Positions 1 to 13,723 of a stretch of 64,000 nucleotides of DNA are shown here, in pieces. Position numbers and translations under genes: made by a program. Location of the stretch: contig NC_043022.1 of NCBI RefSeq assembly GCF_006345805.1, positions 14,446,001 through 14,510,000 on the forward strand. Direction: 5' to 3'. This DNA is from Octopus sinensis. Its lineage: Eukaryota. The notes below the pieces were generated by a model, which worked only from the letters and a program-made list of their open reading frames with translations, made no database searches and was not told where the DNA came from. Positions within the stretch are counted from its first letter, which is position 1. Each line of letters starts with the position of its first letter.

Positions 1-109
1 GTTTTTGTGTCGAGCGAATATCTGTTGTCTTGCCATATTGACTGGAGCAGCCGATAGATAGGACGGGAGAGGGAGGGAGAGAGAGAGACAGAGAGACAGA
101 TAGACAGAG

Positions 110-620
110 ACAGAGGGGGAAGAGGAACACAGACCAGATGACAGAGGATAAGGGTGACAGTAAGAGTTAAGAAGAAAGACAGACAGAGAGGAAGAGAGAA
201 AGTTAGAATGAGAGGGAGGGATAGAGAGAGAGAGAGAGAGATAGAGGGGGAAGAGGAACACAGACCAGATGACAGAGGATAAGGGTGACAGTAAGAGTGA
301 AGAAGAAAGACGGACAGAGAGGAAGAGAGAAAGTTAGAGTGAGAGGGAGGGATAAAGAGAGAGAGAGAGACAGGGGGGGAGAGGAACACAGACCAGATGA
401 CAGAGGATAAGGGTGACAGTAAGAGTAAAGAAGAAAGACAGACAGAGAGGAAGAGAGCAAGTTAGAATGAGAGGGAGGGATAGAGAGAGAGAGAGACAGA
501 GGGGGAAGAGGAGCACACACCAGATGACAGAGGATAAGGGTGACAGTAAGAGTGAAGAAGAAAGACAGACAGAGAGGAAGATAGAAAGTTAGAATGAGAG
601 GGAGGGATAGAGAGAGAGAG
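110..620. repeat. Purine-rich minisatellite, ~127-131 bp unit x4
   Basis: agaggaacacagaccagatgacagaggataagggtgacagtaagag recurs at 121, 252, 380, 507; units differ mainly in (GA)n length. Confidence 0.9.
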
Positions 621-1352
621 AGTTAGAGGAAATGGGGAGGACAGAGAGCGTGAGAGTGATAGAGGGAGAAAGAGAGAAAGGGTGAGAGAGAATGAGATGG
701 ATCAAGTGAGAACTTAGATGAGTGAGGATTGGACAAGGGAGAAATATGGGGAACAGGAGGATAGTTCAAATGACAGGTGATAAGGGTGATAAAGGGAGAG
801 AGTGAGAGCGAGAGAGAGAGACTGGAGGAGAGAAAGAGAAAAAGAGTGTCAGGGATTGTGAGAGAGAAAGAATTTAGATGAGGGATGATTGGACAGGATT
901 AAGAAAGGAGGAGGAAGGGGAGGAGGCTACGGAAAATAGTCTAGATGACAGAGAATAAGAGTGACAGAAAGAGAGAAAGAGTGAGAGAGACAGGCAGACA
1001 GACAACCAGAGGTTGAGTGAGAGAGAGAGAGAGAGAGACTGAAGGAGAGTGTGTCTATATGTAAATACTTGAGCTGAGACAAGTCTGAGAGGAAACAGAG
1101 AGGTACATACGCACTCTCTCACTCACTCACTCACTCACACACGCACGCACATTCATGAGTGAGAGCGTGCGTCAACACGAAGAAATTGTATTTTTACCCG
1201 GTACTTATTTTGAAGTCTAATTACTTTATACTATCGGTCTCGTCCCGAAACCGCTAAGCTCTGGGTGGGGGTAGAGGGTGAACAAAAAAACAGACTGAAA
1301 GACGCACACACATATATGAGAGGCTTCCGCGCAGTTTCCGTCTACAAATTTA

Positions 1353-1779
1353 GGATCTTTTCGGTTTGAACGGCAGTTTTTTCTAGCGGTGTCATATGAA
1401 ATTGTCACCCATAATTATGACCCTAGTATCGATCTATTGCATTTCAATCTGTTTTAGGGTTAGAGTTAGTTAGGGTTAGTGGTGGGGGAAAGGGTATCTT
1501 TTTTTCTTAAGAAATGTAAATAAACCCAATCTGTTTCTTAAACGAGGGACATATTCATACGGCACAGAATGTTTTTCACCTCAATAGACGTCATTGATTG
1601 GTTGAAATTGCAGAAATTGAAGAAAAAAAAACAACAAATATCGTACAAACTATAGAATTTTCTCAATAAAGCCAAGAGAAAAAGATGTTTTATAAACACA
1701 TTCTACCAGTATACGAAGTTTAAAAGTGTTTAGTTATGTGGAAATTACTTTAAAAAACTGCTGTTCAAACCGAAAATCT
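1353..1779. mobile_element. Non-autonomous DNA transposon (Merlin-like: GG terminus, 8-bp TSD) inserted in an old family-A SINE
   Basis: TIRs GGATCTTTTCGGTTTGAACGGCAGTTTTTT / AAAAAACTGCTGTTCAAACCGAAAATCT; TSD caaattta at 1345-1352 and 1780-1787; internal TTAGGG-like repeats. Confidence 0.8.
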
Positions 1780-2171
1780 CAAATTTACTTGCTGGGCAAT
1801 GATGAACAACACTTGCGCAAGGATCGAACCCAAAACCAAATGGATGGGAAATGAGCGTCTTAACTACACAACCATACCTGTGTCTCTAAGTTATGAATAG
1901 AGTAAGGAACAAAACGTCGGATCCCCTTTCAGTTTATGATCCCAAAATGAGCGGGAAATTATTGTATTCAATCAGAATTGAAATTTTGGAACAAAATATC
2001 TAAATTTTATTTTATCTTCATTAATCTTTTATTTGTCTCAGCCATTAGACTGCAGCCATGCTGGAGCACCACCTTCAATTTTGTTGAATGTATTGACACC
2101 AGCACTTATCTTTTGAGCCTGGTACCTATTCTATCGGTCGCTTTTGTTGAACCACTAAGTTATGGGAATGT

Positions 2172-2540
2172 AGGCGTAGGAGTGGCTATGTGGTAAGTAG
2201 CTTGCTTACCAATCACATGGTTCTGGGTTCAGTCCCACTGTGTGGCACCTTGGGCAAGTGTCTTCCACTATAGCCTCGGGCCGACCAAAGCCTTGTGAGT
2301 GGATTTGTTAGATGGAAACTGAAAGAAGCCCATCGTATATATGTATATGTTTGAACCCCAATATCGCTTGACAACCGATGCTGGTGTGTTTACGTCCCCC
2401 TCACTTAGCGGTTCAGCAAAAGAGACCGATAGAATAAGTACTAGGCTTACAAAGAATAAGTCCTCGGTCGATTTGCTCAACTGAAGGCGGTGCTCCAGCA
2501 TGGCCGCAGTCAAATGACTGAAACAAGTAAAAGAAAAGAA
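2172..2540 (+). mobile_element. Family-A tRNA-derived SINE, full length
   Basis: tRNA-like head (A box TGGCTATGTGG, B box GGTTCAGTCCC), CCTTGGGCAAGTG core-like motif, central TA/TG tract, 3' tail tgactgaaacaagtaaaag; dozens of related copies in window. Confidence 0.9.
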
Positions 2541-3645
2541 TAAACCAGCAAAAATTATAAACCAGTAGAAAGGGACACACCCACTCATACACAAAGACAC
2601 GATGGGCTTCTTACAGTTTCCCTGTACCAAATCTATTCAGAAGGGTTTTTTCCTCAAGGTGCCACATAGTGGGATTGAACCTGGAATCAAGTTTGCTGGG
2701 AAACAGACTTCTTACCACACAGCTATGCCCACACCTTTGCGCATGTAAATACACACCACACACACATAGGTATAAAGAAAGAGAGGCAGATATATACATG
2801 GGGAAAGGATAGAGAGATAGAAAGAGAAGGAGCGAGAGAGAGAGAGAGAGAGAGAGAATCAGATAAATAAATTAAAAAAAAACAACTAGAACATATATAA
2901 ATAGCAAAAACAAATATATACAGGTAAACAGGACAAGTCGAGGCAGACAAATAAATGTGTATACATGTTGGAAAATAAACAGGCTGATTGTTGTGTTGAT
3001 AAACAGATAGGTAGATAGACACCCCCACCCCCACCTATATATGCATATATATATATATATTTATATAATATATATATATACACACAACATATATATTATA
3101 TATAGATAATATATAAACATATATATATACACACACACAATATAAATATATTTATATATATATATACACACACATATACATATATATACATAAATATTTA
3201 CATTAATATATATATTACATATACATCTATACATATATACATATTACATTATATATATATATATATACATATATACTATAACATTATATATATACATATA
3301 TATATATAATTATATAATATACATACTGGTAGAGGGATGGAAAGATGTTGATAAGTATAAATATCTAAATAAAAACAAGTGTTATTCTACAAGATATATA
3401 TATATCATCATCATCATCATCATCGTTTAAATATATATATATATATATATATGTATACTGACACGAACCAGCACCTCAGTCAACAAAAACATGACTGCAA
3501 TGCAAATGCTATCAAAGTCGTTTACAAATTTCTCATGTTTTCTCTTGTAACAGTTGCCAAGTTTCCATTGCTGAAACTTGTAAAAGTCAATCAACATGCG
3601 GCCACAACTCGAAGCAAAGCGTCAATACCCCTGGGTGCATGTTTG

Positions 3646-3676
<31 letters not shown>

Positions 3677-4044
3677 ATATAATATATCTACTATATATAT
3701 ATATATGGTGGTGCCCCCCCTCGTTATCGAGTATGGCCATTGAACGAAGCTTAATTCAATGTTTTATCGTGCAATCGCTCCGTGCAGAGATTTTTTTTTA
3801 AGTGAGGAAAGGCTGTGCACTGAGTTAATCCACTCACTAAGGCAACAGCAGCAATACCCGAAAAAGAAGAACAAGTCGACATCATCGGTAACCACTGAGC
3901 TGCCGGTTTTATGTCGGAGTTATCCAGTTACTGAGTTACCTTCTCCTCGAAGGATGCCCTAACAACAGGTAGGAGTCCTTTACTCACAAATATGTATACA
4001 TACATATATGTTATATATATATATATATATTATATAATATATAT

Positions 4045-4338
4045 CACGTGACCGACAGACCCAATCAGATGTTGTTGGTCACAATGCGTTCGCATGTTTT
4101 AGCCTTCGAATGACGCCACCCCGGCGAGTAAGCGAGCAGGCCCAACGAAGAAAGAGTGGCAGAAGGGAGAAGAAAGAGTGGTGAAAGAGTACAGCAGGGA
4201 TCACCACCCCCTGCCGGAGCCTCGAGTGGAGCTTTTAGGTGTTTCGCTCATAAAACACTCACAACGCCGGTCTGGGATCGAAAACGCGAGCTGCGACCCG
4301 TGAGTCCGCTGCCCTAACAACTGGGCCCATTGCAACCT
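4045..4338 (-). mobile_element. Family-C-related tRNA-derived SINE (same head as 51691-52076, different body)
   Basis: 4180-4335 is the reverse complement of the head and 5' body of the 51691 element; the 4045-4160 part is unrelated to that copy. Confidence 0.75.
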
Positions 4339-5035
4339 ACACACACATATATATATATATTATATATCTATATATATAAAATATAATAATATATATATAT
4401 AATATCTATATATATATATATATAATTATATATTATTATATATAATATATATATATTATATATATTTAAAAAAAGATGTGGAACACGAGTTGTGATATAT
4501 AAAAAAAAGGAAATGAAGAAAATGCTGACAAATAATTTAAGTAAGGGAGAGTGTATTTAATTAGGTGAAAGTTCTTTTTACCGGTTGCGCATTTTGTTAT
4601 GCTTATAAAAAATATATATTTTTAAGAGAGATAGAGTTCCTTTCTGATAGATAAGAAAAAAAAAATTGATGGCAAGTTTTCTGAAAGGTTGGTGAATTGT
4701 GCAAGAATGGCCAGTGTAAATGGACCAATTCTCAGGTTTCGCCTGTGTAGTTGAAAACGGGTATTATAAAAGGAGAAGGGGCTCCTCTACCCCACTTTTT
4801 GACCAGGCTCCCGTTGGCTTTATGGGTTTTCCATCAGGAACCTTTCAAAAAGCGCTCCCCCTACTGGGAGTTTTTCATTGTTAAATATTTTCATTGTTAC
4901 GCTGTTTTTTACACGGATTTTTACAAACAGACAAAACCCTTTGTAACCTTTCATCCTGTTTTGTCCCTTTATGTTTTCTAATCATGTGTGTCAGCCCTTG
5001 TGGCCAATAAAAAGAATTAATTATTATTATTATTA

Positions 5036-5039
<4 letters not shown>

Positions 5040-5067
<28 letters not shown>

Positions 5068-5395
5068 GTTGTTTTTTTATTGTATTTTTGTATTTATATT
5101 CGTGTAACATCGTCTGTTTTTCCATCCTTGTTTCGTATACATTTGAAGCTTTTTTCCAAGGAATCTAATGCTCTTAGCTTAGTTTTTCCTTGGGGCTGGC
5201 CAAATAGGAGCAATCTCAAGATTAATCAGCCAAAATTGTGAGGATGATCTGGTTCTTGACTGAAGATAAAAGGCTTCAAGTGACCCATCCTTGTTTTCTT
5301 TGTATCGTCTATCTGGATGTTTTGTTGTCCCCTTTTGTATCACATAACTGTCTGGATGTTTTGCATTCTTGTCCCATTTTGTATTTTATTTTATA
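5040..5395 (+). mobile_element. Penelope-like terminal-repeat fragment (family also at 13200-13480 and 16595-16740, minus)
   Basis: Shared block ggggctggcc...ggttcttgactgaagat..aaggcttc across three copies, each next to (TA)n; class assignment is inference. Confidence 0.55.
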
Positions 5396-5412
5396 TATAT
5401 ATATATAATATA

Positions 5413-5835
5413 ACTTTACTCTCTCTTTTACTCTTTTACTTGTTTCAGTCATTTGACTGCGGCCATGCTGGAGCACCGCCTTTTAGTCGAGCAAATCGAC
5501 CCCGGGACTTATTCTTTTGTAAGCCCAGTACTTATTCTATCGGTCTCTTTTTGCCGAACCGCTAGCTAAGTGACGGGGACGTAAACACACCAGCATCGGT
5601 TGTCAAGCAATGCTAGGGGTCAAACACAGACACACAAACACACACATACATATATATACATATACATATATATGACAGGCTTCTTTCAGTTTCCGTCTAC
5701 CAAATCCACTCATGAGGCATTGGTCGGCCTGAGGCTATAGTAGAGGACACTTGCCCAAGGTGCCACACAGTGGGACTGAACCCGGAACCATATGTTTGGT
5801 AAACAAGCTACTTACCACACAGCCACTCCTGCGCC
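5413..5835 (-). mobile_element. Family-A SINE, full length
   Basis: Reverse complement of family-A consensus from (cttttact)n tail to cctgcgcc head. Confidence 0.92.
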
Positions 5836-6304
5836 TATGTATATACACGCGCACACAAACACATTTCTATTTTGATATAATCTGGGCAATGACCTTATAA
5901 TGTGCTTCCGAAGGATCCTCTCCAATACTGCTTAGCATTTCGCCCGGCGTGCTAGCGTTTCTGCCAGCTCTCCACCTTATAAACTTCTGCCCATATAGAC
6001 TTCTGTAGACTTGTTGAATGATTCAATGATTTGTAGTGCTGGGTTCTATTCCTACCAGAGAAAAGCCATTTGTGACATCCAAGGGAAACAGGATACAGAA
6101 TAGGAATTATGGGTAATTTTTGTTTAATTTTGATTGGAAAAATTGTTTAGTCATGTGGAAATGTAATCGGATGAACCAGTGGATGACCAATATTTTTGGC
6201 CTACGCCCAATGCGATCATCACCTGTGGTCATCTGTTTGTACAGTCACCTGTTTTAGTTAGGGCCAGCATTCAGAGGTCTGCCTTAAGGCGGAGTCATCA
6301 CTTG

Positions 6305-6354
<50 letters not shown>

Positions 6355-8454
6355 GTGTGTGTGTGTACATGTGTAGGTGTGTCTGTATCTGTTTTGCACA
6401 TAAATGTTATCTCTGACTGCGAATTCAAATCAATATATGATGCTGCTAGAAATAGTACTACCACCACCACCACCACCATCACCACTAGCACACTACTACT
6501 ACTACCACCACCATCACCACCACCACTACTACTACTACAATCACCAAATATATATATATAATATAAATATATACATGTGTGTATAATTTTATACACTCAC
6601 ACACACACACATACATGACAGAATTCTTTCAGTTTCCCTCTATTATATTCACTCACAGGGCTTCCGTTGGCCTGGGTCTATAGTAGAAGAAACTCGTCTC
6701 AGGTGTCACGCAGTGGGATTGAACTTGGAACCGTGTGTTTGGGAAGCAAACTTCTTAACCACTCAGCCACGCCTGCTCCTGGCACCCATTTAGTCATTGA
6801 AGTGGTAGCTGACTGTTCCAGGGGGTGATTAATATTTTGGTCTACACCCTTGTACAGTCATTAATCATTAGTCATTAATCAATAGTCATCTCTCTGTACA
6901 GTCACCAATCAGTTCAGTCATCCTGCAGCAGAGTCACCCTTGGTTGGGCCTACAAAAAAACATAGACAAGCCCTTGTAGTGTATTCACGTGGGGGGGGGT
7001 GAGGATTAGGGATCAGTTTCCCCTTGGGTGATGCTTTTAAAGGTGTGGCATCTTTGGGTCTACTGTATAAAGCAGCATAGGCTTGGGGCCCCTGGGTGAG
7101 AGGTGGGGGTCCTTACAAACTCAAAGTCCACCTCAGGTGGCACACATCTTTAGGTAAAACCGTTGATCCCCATCTGGCACCTGATTAGGCCCCTGTGGAG
7201 ACCCTAAGCACTCACAAGATTAAAAGATTTTGATAGGTGCAGGCGTGGCTGTGTGGTAAGAAGCTTGCTTCCTAACTACATGGTTCTGGGTTCAGTCCCA
7301 CTGCATGGCACCTTGGGCAAGTGTCTTCTACTATAGCCTCGGACCGACCAAAGCCTTGTGAGTGGATTTGGTAGATGGAAACTGAAAGAAGGCCTTTGTG
7401 TGTACGCACGTGTATATATATATATATATATATGCATGTGTATGTATAATTTTATGTATGTGTGTCTGTGTTTGGCCCCCACCATTTTCGCTTGACAACT
7501 AATGATGGTTTGCATCCCTGTAACTTAGCAGTTCGGCAAAAAGTACTAGGCTTACAAAGAAATAAGTCCTGGGGTCAGTTTCTCGGCCATTTGCATGTTA
7601 ATTTCATGAACAGGCTGTTCCATTGATAGGATCAATCCTTTTTTGTAACAAATTCTCATATAATCGGAACGTGCACCATCTGTAGAACTTTTGAAGAAAA
7701 TTACATTAGAAGAGACATCCATTTCTCTTAGAAGTTATAAAGAAACAAAATGGGGAGAGGGCACATTTATGTAGGTATACCTCTGTACATATGTTTCAGG
7801 TGTTGTGTGTGTGTTTGTGTTTGTATCTGTCACAGTTTACTTGTTTCAGTCATTAAACTGTGGCTATGCTGGGGCCTCGAACAATATTTCGTGGAATGTT
7901 TCCCCTCCAGTACTATTTTTTTAAAAAGCCAGGTAGTTATTCTATTGCTGTCTTCTGCTGAACTGCTAAGTTACAACTAGCACAAGTTGACGAGCGGTGG
8001 TGGTGGTGGTGGGGACAACACAGAGACAAACACACACACACACACACACAGACACACACACGGACTTCTTTCAGTTTCCATCTACCAAATCCACTCACAA
8101 GGCCCTGGGTCGGCTCGAGGCTATGGTACAAGACACTTGCCCAAGGTGCCACGCAGTGGGACTGAATTCAGAACTATGTGGTTCGGAAGCAATGCTTTTT
8201 TACTGCACAGCCACATCAGTACTTATTTGTAGAAGATTTAATTAAAAAAATACCCAATTTTCTGAAAGTTACGAGGAAACAAATTCAGTGGGGCCCTGTA
8301 GTGTAGATATGGCGAGTGTAGGAAATTTTTGTTTTTGTTCTTTGGTTTTTCTCGTATTTTCGTCATCTCGCCTACATTTTCTAATCTGTTTATCATTGAT
8401 CGAGTTTCATTAAGTCGATCCCGTAAATAAAGCTTTTGTTGATTGTTTATTTAG

Positions 8455-8490
8455 TTTGAGAGAGAGAGATGAAGAGAGAGAGACGGAGAT

Positions 8491-8530
<40 letters not shown>

Positions 8531-8935
8531 GCGGTGAGGGAGAGATGAAGAGAGAGAGACGGAGATAGAGAGAGAGAGAAAGAGAGAGAGAGAGGCGGTG
8601 AGGGAGAGATGAAGAGAGAGAGACGGAGAGAGAGAGAGGCGGTGAGGGAGAGATGAGAGAGAGAGAGATGAAGAGAGAGAGAGACGAAGAGAGAGAGACG
8701 GAGAGAGAGAGAGATGAAAAGAGAGAGAGAGACGGAGATAGAGAGAGATGAAGAGAGAGAGAGACGGAGAGAGAGAAAGAGAGACGGTGAGAGAGATGAA
8801 GAGAGAGAGAGAGACGGTGGGAGAGAGACGGAGAGAGAGAGAGGCGGTGAGAGAGAGAGAGAGACGGTGAGAGAGAGAGAGGCGGTGAGAGAGAGAGACG
8901 GAGATAGAGAGAGATGAAGAGAGAGAGAGAGAGAG
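8455..8935. repeat. Compound (GA)n satellite with gacg/gcggtg/gatga interruptions
   Basis: Direct reading. Confidence 0.95.
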
Positions 8936-9235
8936 GCAAGTTGTAAAGGTCACAGCCGACCTATTTGTTGAGTTACATAACCCAAAGTGTTTTGGACGAA
9001 GATTTGAAATTTATCTTAAGTAATAGAGTCACCTGTAATCAATAGAAATAGCCCAAGACGTCCTTTCCCACCAACTTCAACGTGTGTGTGTGTGTGTGTG
9101 TGTTTAGGGCGGGAACGGAGGCGGTGTAGGGGTGTGGAGATGGGTGATTGTGGCGGTATTTGTTTGTATGTGTGTGTGCGTGTGTAAGTATTGTGTGTGT
9201 GTGTGTGTGTGTGTATTTACCATTGTGCTTATACC

Positions 9236-9622
9236 CTCTTTTACTCTTTTACTTGTTTCAGTCATTTGATTGCGGCCATGCTGGAGCGCCGCCTTTAGTC
9301 GACAATTCGACCCCGGGACTTATTCTTTTGTAAGCCCAGTACTTATTCTATCGGTCTCTTTTGCCGAACCGCTAAGTTACGGGGACGTAAACACACCAGC
9401 ATCGGTTGTCAAGCAATGCTAGGGGGACAAACGCAGACACACAAACATATACATATATACGACAGGTTTCTTTCAGTTTCCGTCTACCAAATCCACTCAC
9501 AAGGCATTGGTCGGCCCGGGGCTATAGCAGAAGACACTTGCCCAAGATGCCACGCAGTGGGACTGAACCCGGAACCATGTGGTTGGTTAGCAAGCTACTT
9601 ACCACACAGCCACTCCTGCGCC
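9236..9622 (-). mobile_element. Family-A SINE, full length
   Basis: Reverse complement of family-A consensus. Confidence 0.92.
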
Positions 9623-9729
9623 TATATGTGTACGTGAGTTTGTGTGTAAGTGTTTGTGTAGGTATTATGTGTGTATTTATGTGTGTGTGTGTGTATTTAC
9701 ATTGTGCTTATGTGTTCGTGAGTGTGTTT

Positions 9730-10303
9730 GGTACTTTTTGTTTATCTCACCCCCATTAAAAATATCGCCATTAAAAAATTGGGTTACCTCATTAAAAAAT
9801 CGAGTTAATGTGGCGACAAGAGATTGGATTAAAAGCGTTAGATCCTTTTGAATCAATTCTTCAACACATTGGTCACTTTTGGCTCCCTCAATAGACATGC
9901 TATAATTCGTTATAAAAATGTTATTAGATTTAGTAAATTTTTTCAGTATTCCTTTTTATTCTTTTATTTGTGCCAGTCATTTGGCTGCAGCCATGCTGGA
10001 GCACCACCCTTAGTCGAACAAATCGACCCCAGGACTTATTCTGTGTAAGCCTAGTACTTATTCTATTGGTCTCTTTTGCCGAACCTCTAAGGTACGGGGC
10101 CGTAGGTACGCCACCATCGGATGTCAAGCGATGGTGGGGGACAAACACAGACACACAAATGCATACATACATACATACACACACACACATACACACATAT
10201 ATACGTACATACATACGTACATACATCCATTCATTCATTCATACATACATACATACATACATACATACATACATAATACATACATACATACACACACACG
10301 TAT

Positions 10304-10338
<35 letters not shown>

Positions 10339-10429
10339 TGCATACATACATACATACATACATACACACACACACATACATACATACATACATACACACA
10401 CACATACATACATACATACATACACACAC

Positions 10430-10461
<32 letters not shown>

Positions 10462-10503
10462 TCACACATACATACATACACACACACACATACATACATA
10501 CAT

Positions 10504-10534
<31 letters not shown>

Positions 10535-11321
10535 TACATACATACATACATATGTATGTATATATTGAGTGAGAAAACGGTATGGACGGATTTTTGGAGT
10601 CCAATAATACCCTGTACGCCTATTTGATTATGAAGATTTACAAACATTCTTTCCCAATGATACTCGGTTTACCCACCATTATAAACAATACCAAAAGTTC
10701 TTTCTCAAACCTTTCATAATGTGATACAAGTCTTTGGTGTAGCAATTGCACGCGGCCGAAGAGGGCTTTTAAACTATCTATTATGTCGATTATACATTGA
10801 TGTAAGAATAAGTTGTTTTATAAAGCTCGAAACATGTGTACCGCGACATCCTTGTGTCCTGTTTTTCATTTTATTTCATTTGATACATACACACACAACA
10901 CACACACATATAATATATATATATATATATATATACAACGGGCTTCTTTCAGTTTCCGTCTACCAAATCCACTCACAAGGCTTTGGTCGGCCCGAGGCTA
11001 TAGTAGAAGACACTTGCCAAGGTGCCACACAGTGGGATTGAACCCAGAACCATGTGTCTGGTAAACAAGCTACTTACCACATAGCCCACGCCTGTTTATT
11101 AATTTTTCCAGTTTTGTATGATTTGTTATAAAAAATACTAGATTGAAAAAACGATGTTTCATCTTTCCACTTTTCAGAATTATGAATTTTTTCTTCTTGT
11201 TTTATTGAGGGTTAAACAATATTTTTTAGTTGCAGGTGACAACCAAAACTACCAATATTTCTCGTAAAACGGGGGTGGATTAACCCAATTTTTTAATGGG
11301 GGTGAGATAGCCAAAAGTACC
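9730..11321. mobile_element. Non-autonomous DNA transposon with GGTAC termini (Merlin-like), carrying nested SINE-A halves and a ~400-bp (ATAC/AC)n tract
   Basis: Inverted termini GGTACTTTTTGTTTATCTCACCCCCATTAAAA (9730) and TTTTAATGGGGGTGAGATAGCCAAAAGTACC (ends 11321); a third end at 11919. Confidence 0.7.
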
Positions 11322-11646
11322 CAACATACCTACACACACATCAATGCACACACCTACACTATGACTTGTACGCAGAAACACACATACTTACACACACAAT
11401 ATACATACGCGCACGCACACAAACACACAAACATACATACCTATACACACAGTCGCACACATACACGTAACTACTCAGACTTACCTACACATACACATCT
11501 ACACAAACACACACAAACACTCACACATACTTACACACTCCCACGTGATCACTAACGCACAAACACACGCACATATATACATATGCACACACAACATACA
11601 CGCACGCACACAAACACATACCTACACACACACACACAATATATAT

Positions 11647-11826
11647 ATTTCTTTATTGCCCACAAGGGGCTAAACACAGAGGGGACAAACAAGGACAGAC
11701 ATAGGTATTAAGTCGATTACATCGACTCCAGTGCGAAACTGGTACTTTTATTTATCGACCCCGAAAGGATGAAAGGCAGAGTCGACCTCGGCGGAATTTG
11801 AACTCAGAACGTAACGACAGACGAAA
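11647..11826 (-). mobile_element. Family-B SINE body
   Basis: Reverse complement of gaggtcgactttgcctttcatcctttcggggtcgataaattaagtaccag...gtaaagaaat. Confidence 0.88.
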
Positions 11827-12032
11827 CACGCACACATCTGCACAATGTAAACACACAGTCAAAACACACACATAATACCTACACACACATCTACACAAAC
11901 GTATACACATAAACACACGGTACTTCTTGGTTATGTCACCCCATTAAAAAATTGGGTTATCTTCCTTAACTAAAAACTTGTTTAACCCTCAACAACCCCC
12001 ACCCCAAAAATTGAAAAAAATCAATAAACATA

Positions 12033-12435
12033 GGCGCAGGAGTGGCTGCGTGGTAAGTAGCTTGCTTACCAACCACATGGTTCCGGGTTCAGTCCCACTG
12101 CGTGGCACCTTGGGCAAGTGTCTTCTACTATAGCCTCGGGCCGACCAAAGCCTTGTGAGTAGATTTGGTAGACGGAAACTGAAAGAATCCCATCGTATAT
12201 ATGTATATATATATATATATGTGTGTGTGTTTGTGTTTGTCCCCCCCCCCAACATCGCTTGACAACCGATGCTGGTGTGTTTACGTTCCCGTAACTTAGC
12301 GGTTCGGCAAAAGAGACCGATAGAATAAGTACTAGGCTTACAAAGAATAAGTCCTGGGGTCGATTTGCTCGAATATAAAGGCGGTGCTCCAGCATGGCCG
12401 TAGTCAAATGACTGAAACAATTAAGAGAGTAAAGA
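12033..12435 (+). mobile_element. Family-A SINE, full length
   Basis: ggcgcaggagtggctg head to tgactgaaacaattaagagagtaaag tail. Confidence 0.92.
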
Positions 12436-12871
12436 CTATATATATATATATATATATATGCATATGATGAGCTTCCATACAGTTTCCATCTACCAAATCC
12501 ACCCGCAAGGTATTGGTCAGTTCAAGGTGATAGCAGAGGAGACGTCGCTCAAAGTGTCACGCAGTGGGACTGAACCTGATACCACGTTTGTTGCAAAGCA
12601 AGCTTCTTAACCACAAAGTCTTGCTAGTTATTCTACGCAGTACCACACAAAAGTTTTTTAAAATCTACCCCCAAACTTCTCTTACTCCTCTGTCTGTCTG
12701 GAACCTCCCTCCTTCACGTCACATTTCTCTTCTCTTTTCTTTCTCCGTCCTTCTTTTTCTATCTACCATTATTCTTTTTCTTTCGTCGCATTCACTTTTT
12801 TCGTTTCATTATAATTCCATCTATGTCACCATCCCCCCCAACTACTTCACTCAAATGTTTTCCTCTCTCTC

Positions 12872-12872
12872 C

Positions 12873-12928
<56 letters not shown>

Positions 12929-13072
12929 TTATCCATCTATCCCTTCCTCCATCCATCTATCTATTTATCTATCTATCTATCTATCTATCTAGCTATCTAT
13001 CTATCTATCTATCTGTCTATCCTTCTCTTACCTATCTATCTGTCTGTCTATCTATATATATATGTGTCTGTC

Positions 13073-13104
<32 letters not shown>

Positions 13105-13152
13105 GTAGCTATCTCTTTCTCTCTCTCTCTCTTTTACTATATATATATATAT

Positions 13153-13184
<32 letters not shown>

Positions 13185-13195
13185 ATATATATATA
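12872..13195. repeat. (TATC)n then (TA)n microsatellite
   Basis: Direct reading. Confidence 0.95.
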
Positions 13196-13670
13196 AATGA
13201 ATGTTTTTATATATAATGAACGTGAAATACAGGAAGGGACGAACACGGAACACAGACAAATCATTCGAAGCCTTCAATCTTCAGTCAGACACCGAATCAT
13301 CATAGCAAATTTCGGCTGTTCAATTCTGATATTGCTCCAACTCTCGGCCAGCCCCAAAAAAAAAACTAGCTGTAAGCATTAGATTTCTTGGTAGAAGACA
13401 GGAATGTGAACGCACAAGACGGATGTGATACAAGAGACGAAAACAAATTGAAAACAGTAAGATAAACAAAATATATATAACGGTGGTTGTCATACGACTT
13501 TAGACCAATGAGACAAAACAACAACATAGCAGCTGGCGTAGAAATAATACCGTTTCGGTAGCGGGGACACATGTTGGTCGAGATACGAAGGCCAACAGAA
13601 TGGTTGAAGAAGCAGCAGGTTCGCGGAGAGAGAGAAAGAGAGACAGAGAGAGAGGGAATCAGAGAGGTGG

Positions 13671-13723
<53 letters not shown>

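Noticed and set aside
5255-5290. CTGAAGA...GAAT hammerhead-like boxes in the 5040/13200/16595 repeat family
   Set aside because: GAAA box is not intact (GAAT or CAAG) and stem II is inconsistent between copies; not called as ribozymes
9406-9759. Recurring peptides such as FRLPNPLTRLWSARGYSRRHLPK and AIVEDTCPRCHAVGLNPEPCGW
   Set aside because: Translations of the non-coding family-A SINE, not a gene family
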